This document shows positions 61,146-64,000 of a stretch of 64,000 nucleotides of DNA, piece after piece (positions within the stretch are counted from its first letter, which is position 1; each line of letters begins with the position of its first letter). Under the pieces are notes generated by a model. That model ran no database searches and was not told the origin of the DNA. It was given only the letters and a program-made list of their open reading frames with translations. This DNA comes from an uncultured Pelagibacteraceae bacterium. Lineage in GTDB: Bacteria; Pseudomonadota; Alphaproteobacteria; Pelagibacterales; Pelagibacteraceae. The stretch covers positions 19,509 through 83,508 of the forward strand of contig CACORJ010000004.1 of NCBI GenBank assembly GCA_902629575.1, in the 5' to 3' direction. Made by a program: the position numbers and the translations under genes.

Positions 61146-62603
61146 GTGAGTCCTCAAAATTTAAAAAAAAATCTTATTAACTGGGATTTAGTTTCAGTAA
61201 ATCCAATTGATAAAAATTGGGATTGGAAAACTTTATTTTGTTTTTGGGGTGTAAATATACAAAGTGTTATAGGTTTTTCTTTAATTACTTCTCTTTATGT
61301 AATTTATGATCTTAATTCTTTTGTTGTATTTTTTGGTACAATACTTGGAGCATTATTAGTTTTTATTTTCTCAAATTTAATAGGAAAACTATCTCAAAAA
61401 AATGGATTACCATTTGTTGTTTTACTTAGATCATCATTTGGAGTTACAGGTGCAAAATACTTAGGATTGATCAGATTCTTTGTGGGCGTTTTTTTATTTG
61501 GTATTCAAACATATTTTTTATCAAAAGCATTTAGTTATTTAATAAGAATAGCAATTTTTTCAACAGAACCCGCAATCCTTGATAAAGAAATATTTTTAAT
61601 ATTCTTTCTGGGAATGAATTTAATTGATTGGACCTCAATTGTTATTGCAATAATTTTGCAGGGGTTTTTATTTAGTGCTGGAATGAATATGAATAAAAGA
61701 ATTATTATTTTTTCGGCTATTGCTGTTTATTTTGGGATGTTATTCTTTTTTTTATCAGTTTTGCTTAGTGATGTTAAATTTACTTCCAAAGCTTTTTTAA
61801 ATATTTTAAATACTCAAAATTTTCTTGATAAAAAAAATTTTGGGCCAATAATAACTGTCACTGGCACAGTGTTTGCTTATTTCTCAGTTGTAATTTTGAG
61901 TTTCGGTGATTTTTCTAGATATGTTAAAGATGAAAGTCAGCTCAAAAAAGGAAACTTAAGCTTAGTTCTAAATTTATTAATCTTTTCTTTTTTTGCGTTG
62001 TTTATTGTTTCTGGCATGGATGCTTTTTTGAAACAAGACCCAGAAAATTTAAACAGAATATTAACAAATCCAACAGATATTATTGGAAAATTAGATAATT
62101 TATTTCTGGTTGTATTAACTCTAATTTTTATAATTATCGCCTCTGCTTCGACAAATTTAATAGTTAATTTTATTCCTTCTCAATACACTTTGGTAAATTT
62201 TTTACCTTTCTCTTTATCAATAAGAAGTGCAGGTGTAATAATTTCAATTCTAGGTTTTATAATCGGAATATTTTGGTTAACTTTTTTAAGCCAAGTTGGG
62301 GCCTTATCTTTCATTGATACTTTTGGAGCTTTTTTTGGACCACTTTTTGGAATTATGATTTCTGACTTTTATTTTATTCAAAAAAGTAAAATAAATAACA
62401 AAGATATATATTCTTTAGAGAATAACGGAATTTATTATTATAGCGGAGGGTGGCATATAAAAGCAGTTTATTCTGTAATTATAGGTTTTATTTTTTCTGC
62501 TTCAACAATTTGGAATACTAATTTAATGTTTCTGCAATCATTTTCTTGGATTATTGGGGCTTTTATAGCTGGTTTTACTTATTATTTATTAGCCAAAGAA
62601 TAA
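61146..62603 (+). CDS. NCS1 family nucleobase:cation symporter
   Basis: RSSFGVTGA, GDFSRY, GPLFGIMISDFY. Confidence 0.85.
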   Translation: MSPQNLKKNLINWDLVSVNPIDKNWDWKTLFCFWGVNIQSVIGFSLITSLYVIYDLNSFVVFFGTILGALLVFIFSNLIGKLSQKNGLPFVVLLRSSFGVTGAKYLGLIRFFVGVFLFGIQTYFLSKAFSYLIRIAIFSTEPAILDKEIFLIFFLGMNLIDWTSIVIAIILQGFLFSAGMNMNKRIIIFSAIAVYFGMLFFFLSVLLSDVKFTSKAFLNILNTQNFLDKKNFGPIITVTGTVFAYFSVVILSFGDFSRYVKDESQLKKGNLSLVLNLLIFSFFALFIVSGMDAFLKQDPENLNRILTNPTDIIGKLDNLFLVVLTLIFIIIASASTNLIVNFIPSQYTLVNFLPFSLSIRSAGVIISILGFIIGIFWLTFLSQVGALSFIDTFGAFFGPLFGIMISDFYFIQKSKINNKDIYSLENNGIYYYSGGWHIKAVYSVIIGFIFSASTIWNTNLMFLQSFSWIIGAFIAGFTYYLLAKE

Positions 62604-62607
62604 AACA

Positions 62608-63360
62608 ATGGAAAAAATTAATTATGATTTTAAAAACAGGACTGCAATTGTAACTGGCGGTGCCCAGGGATTTGGTTTTGATATAGCCAAGCGTTTTTTA
62701 AAATCTGGTGCAGAAGTGATAATATGGGATAATGATCCCGAGGCTATTGCGAAAGCTATTAAAGATTTAAATAGTCCTAATTTAAGTTCCCATGTTGTAG
62801 ATGTGTCTAATTATGAGGAAGTTGATAAAACTGTTAAGGAAATTACAAAAAATTCAAATATTGACATTTTAATAAATAATGCAGGAATAACCGGTCCAAC
62901 AGCTACATTATGGGAGTACAATATAGAAATGTGGAAAAAAGTAGTTGAAATTAACTTAATGGGAACTTTTAATTGTTGTAGGTCGATAGTGCCAAATATG
63001 ATTAAGAACAATTATGGAAGAATCGTTAATGTAGCTTCTGTAGCTGGGAAAGATGGAAATGCTAATGCCAGTGCATACAGTGTAGGAAAAGCGGGTGCGA
63101 TAGGTTTAACTAAATCGTTAGGTAAAGAGCTTGCAGATAAGAATATAGCTGTAAATGCAGTTACTCCAGCAGGAGCAAAAACTAGAATTTTAGATCAAAT
63201 GACCAAAGAGCATGTTAAAAGAATGTTATCAATGGTGCCCAGAGGAAGATTTTTGGAGGTAGAAGAGTTCACCTCATTAATTTGTTGGCTTTCTTCTGAG
63301 GAAAACACTTTCTCAACAGCAGCTGTCTTTGATATTAGTGGTGGTCGTTCAACCTATTAA
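62608..63360 (+). CDS. SDR oxidoreductase
   Basis: TGGAQGFG, NNAGI, YSVGK, FDISGGR. Confidence 0.9.
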   Translation: MEKINYDFKNRTAIVTGGAQGFGFDIAKRFLKSGAEVIIWDNDPEAIAKAIKDLNSPNLSSHVVDVSNYEEVDKTVKEITKNSNIDILINNAGITGPTATLWEYNIEMWKKVVEINLMGTFNCCRSIVPNMIKNNYGRIVNVASVAGKDGNANASAYSVGKAGAIGLTKSLGKELADKNIAVNAVTPAGAKTRILDQMTKEHVKRMLSMVPRGRFLEVEEFTSLICWLSSEENTFSTAAVFDISGGRSTY

Positions 63361-63494
63361 CTTCTTGGTTTTTGTTCAACTATTTTGATATTATTAGTTT
63401 TAGCTCTGCTAAACTTGATATCTTTAGACATAACTGGTGCAAAAATTATTATAGACCAGTAAATAAGTAATATAAAAGCAGATATTGTCTTCAT
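63357..63494 (-). CDS. Possible small exported/membrane peptide (45 aa)
   Basis: MKTISAFILLIYWSIIIFAPVMSKDIK...; signal-peptide-like N-terminus. Confidence 0.4.
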   Translation of the reverse strand: MKTISAFILLIYWSIIIFAPVMSKDIKFSRAKTNNIKIVEQKPRS

Positions 63495-63578
63495 ATTATT
63501 TATATAGAACCGAATATTGAATTTTGAATGTTTAAATTTTGTCTAAATAATGTATTAAGAATTTTTTTTTAATTTTTT

Positions 63579-64000
63579 ATGAAAATATTATTAAATGTTT
63601 TAATTATCACGATTTTGTCTATTAACTTAACTTCAGCAGATGAATTACAAGTCTTTGATTTTAGTGAAACAGAGCTCGAAGAACTTCAAGTTAGAAAAGT
63701 AAGAGGAGCTGACAATAAAACTCTTTATACCGTTGGAACAAATGACAACGGAAATTATTTGAAATCGGTTGCTGATAATGCTGCCTCTGGACTTGGAAAA
63801 GAGATCAAGATAGATTTAGATAAGACCCCATTCATAAATATAACGTGGAAAATCGAAAAAGATCTTTCAGGTATCAAGGAAAATACTAAAAAAGGGCATG
63901 ATTATGCTGCAAGAGTTTTTGTTATTAAAAAAACTGGAGCTACTCCACTATCAAATAGAGCCATTAATTATGTTTTCTCAAGTAATAATGAAGTTGGGGC
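63579..64000 (+). CDS. DUF3047 family exported protein (partial)
   Basis: Signal peptide, NAASGL, TPFINITWK, DYAARVFV, AINYVFS; runs off the window end. Confidence 0.8.
   Translation, partial: MKILLNVLIITILSINLTSADELQVFDFSETELEELQVRKVRGADNKTLYTVGTNDNGNYLKSVADNAASGLGKEIKIDLDKTPFINITWKIEKDLSGIKENTKKGHDYAARVFVIKKTGATPLSNRAINYVFSSNNEVG

Noticed and set aside
2988-63011. Short antisense or nested ORFs in the track (e.g. 2988-3218, 6805-6996, 14214-14408, 23841-24134, 24402-24719, 38446-38763, 39112-39456, 49612-49890, 60598-60909, 62811-63011)
   Set aside because: Shadows of well-supported genes, with no motifs or translation signals

Overview
This is a very AT-rich, gene-dense chromosomal window with tiny intergenic spacers. 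Its gene content (thiV with a TPP riboswitch, aceA with a RamB-like regulator, amtB without PII, aprMBA, xsc, suyAB, TRAP) points to a streamlined marine alphaproteobacterium of the SAR11/Pelagibacterales type. I see no rRNA, tRNA, CRISPR array, transposase or integrase. Main blocks: Fe3+ ABC permease/ATPase, azlCD and sulfur/copper genes (0.3-7.3 kb); thiV, an ABC-2 exporter and the aceA locus (7.6-14.7 kb); phage-like and envelope islets plus housekeeping genes (14.7-37.5 kb); an organosulfonate-to-sulfite-oxidation region (aprMBA, tauE, yeiH, suyBA, xsc, FAD oxidoreductase; 37.5-48.2 kb); an sxtJ-K-I-L-like carbamoyltransferase cassette (48.2-52.7 kb); and an SDR/GMC/TRAP/NCS1 region (52.7-64 kb). 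The most notable items missing from the ORF track are four: a structured aceA leader with an SD-led uORF beside a tandem-HTH regulator and operator array, an orphan promoter-SD-micro-ORF-hairpin unit at 7.27-7.46 kb, a 27-aa extremely basic peptide, and a +1 frameshift in aprA. All calls come from reading the sequence and recalling family motifs; no searches were run.
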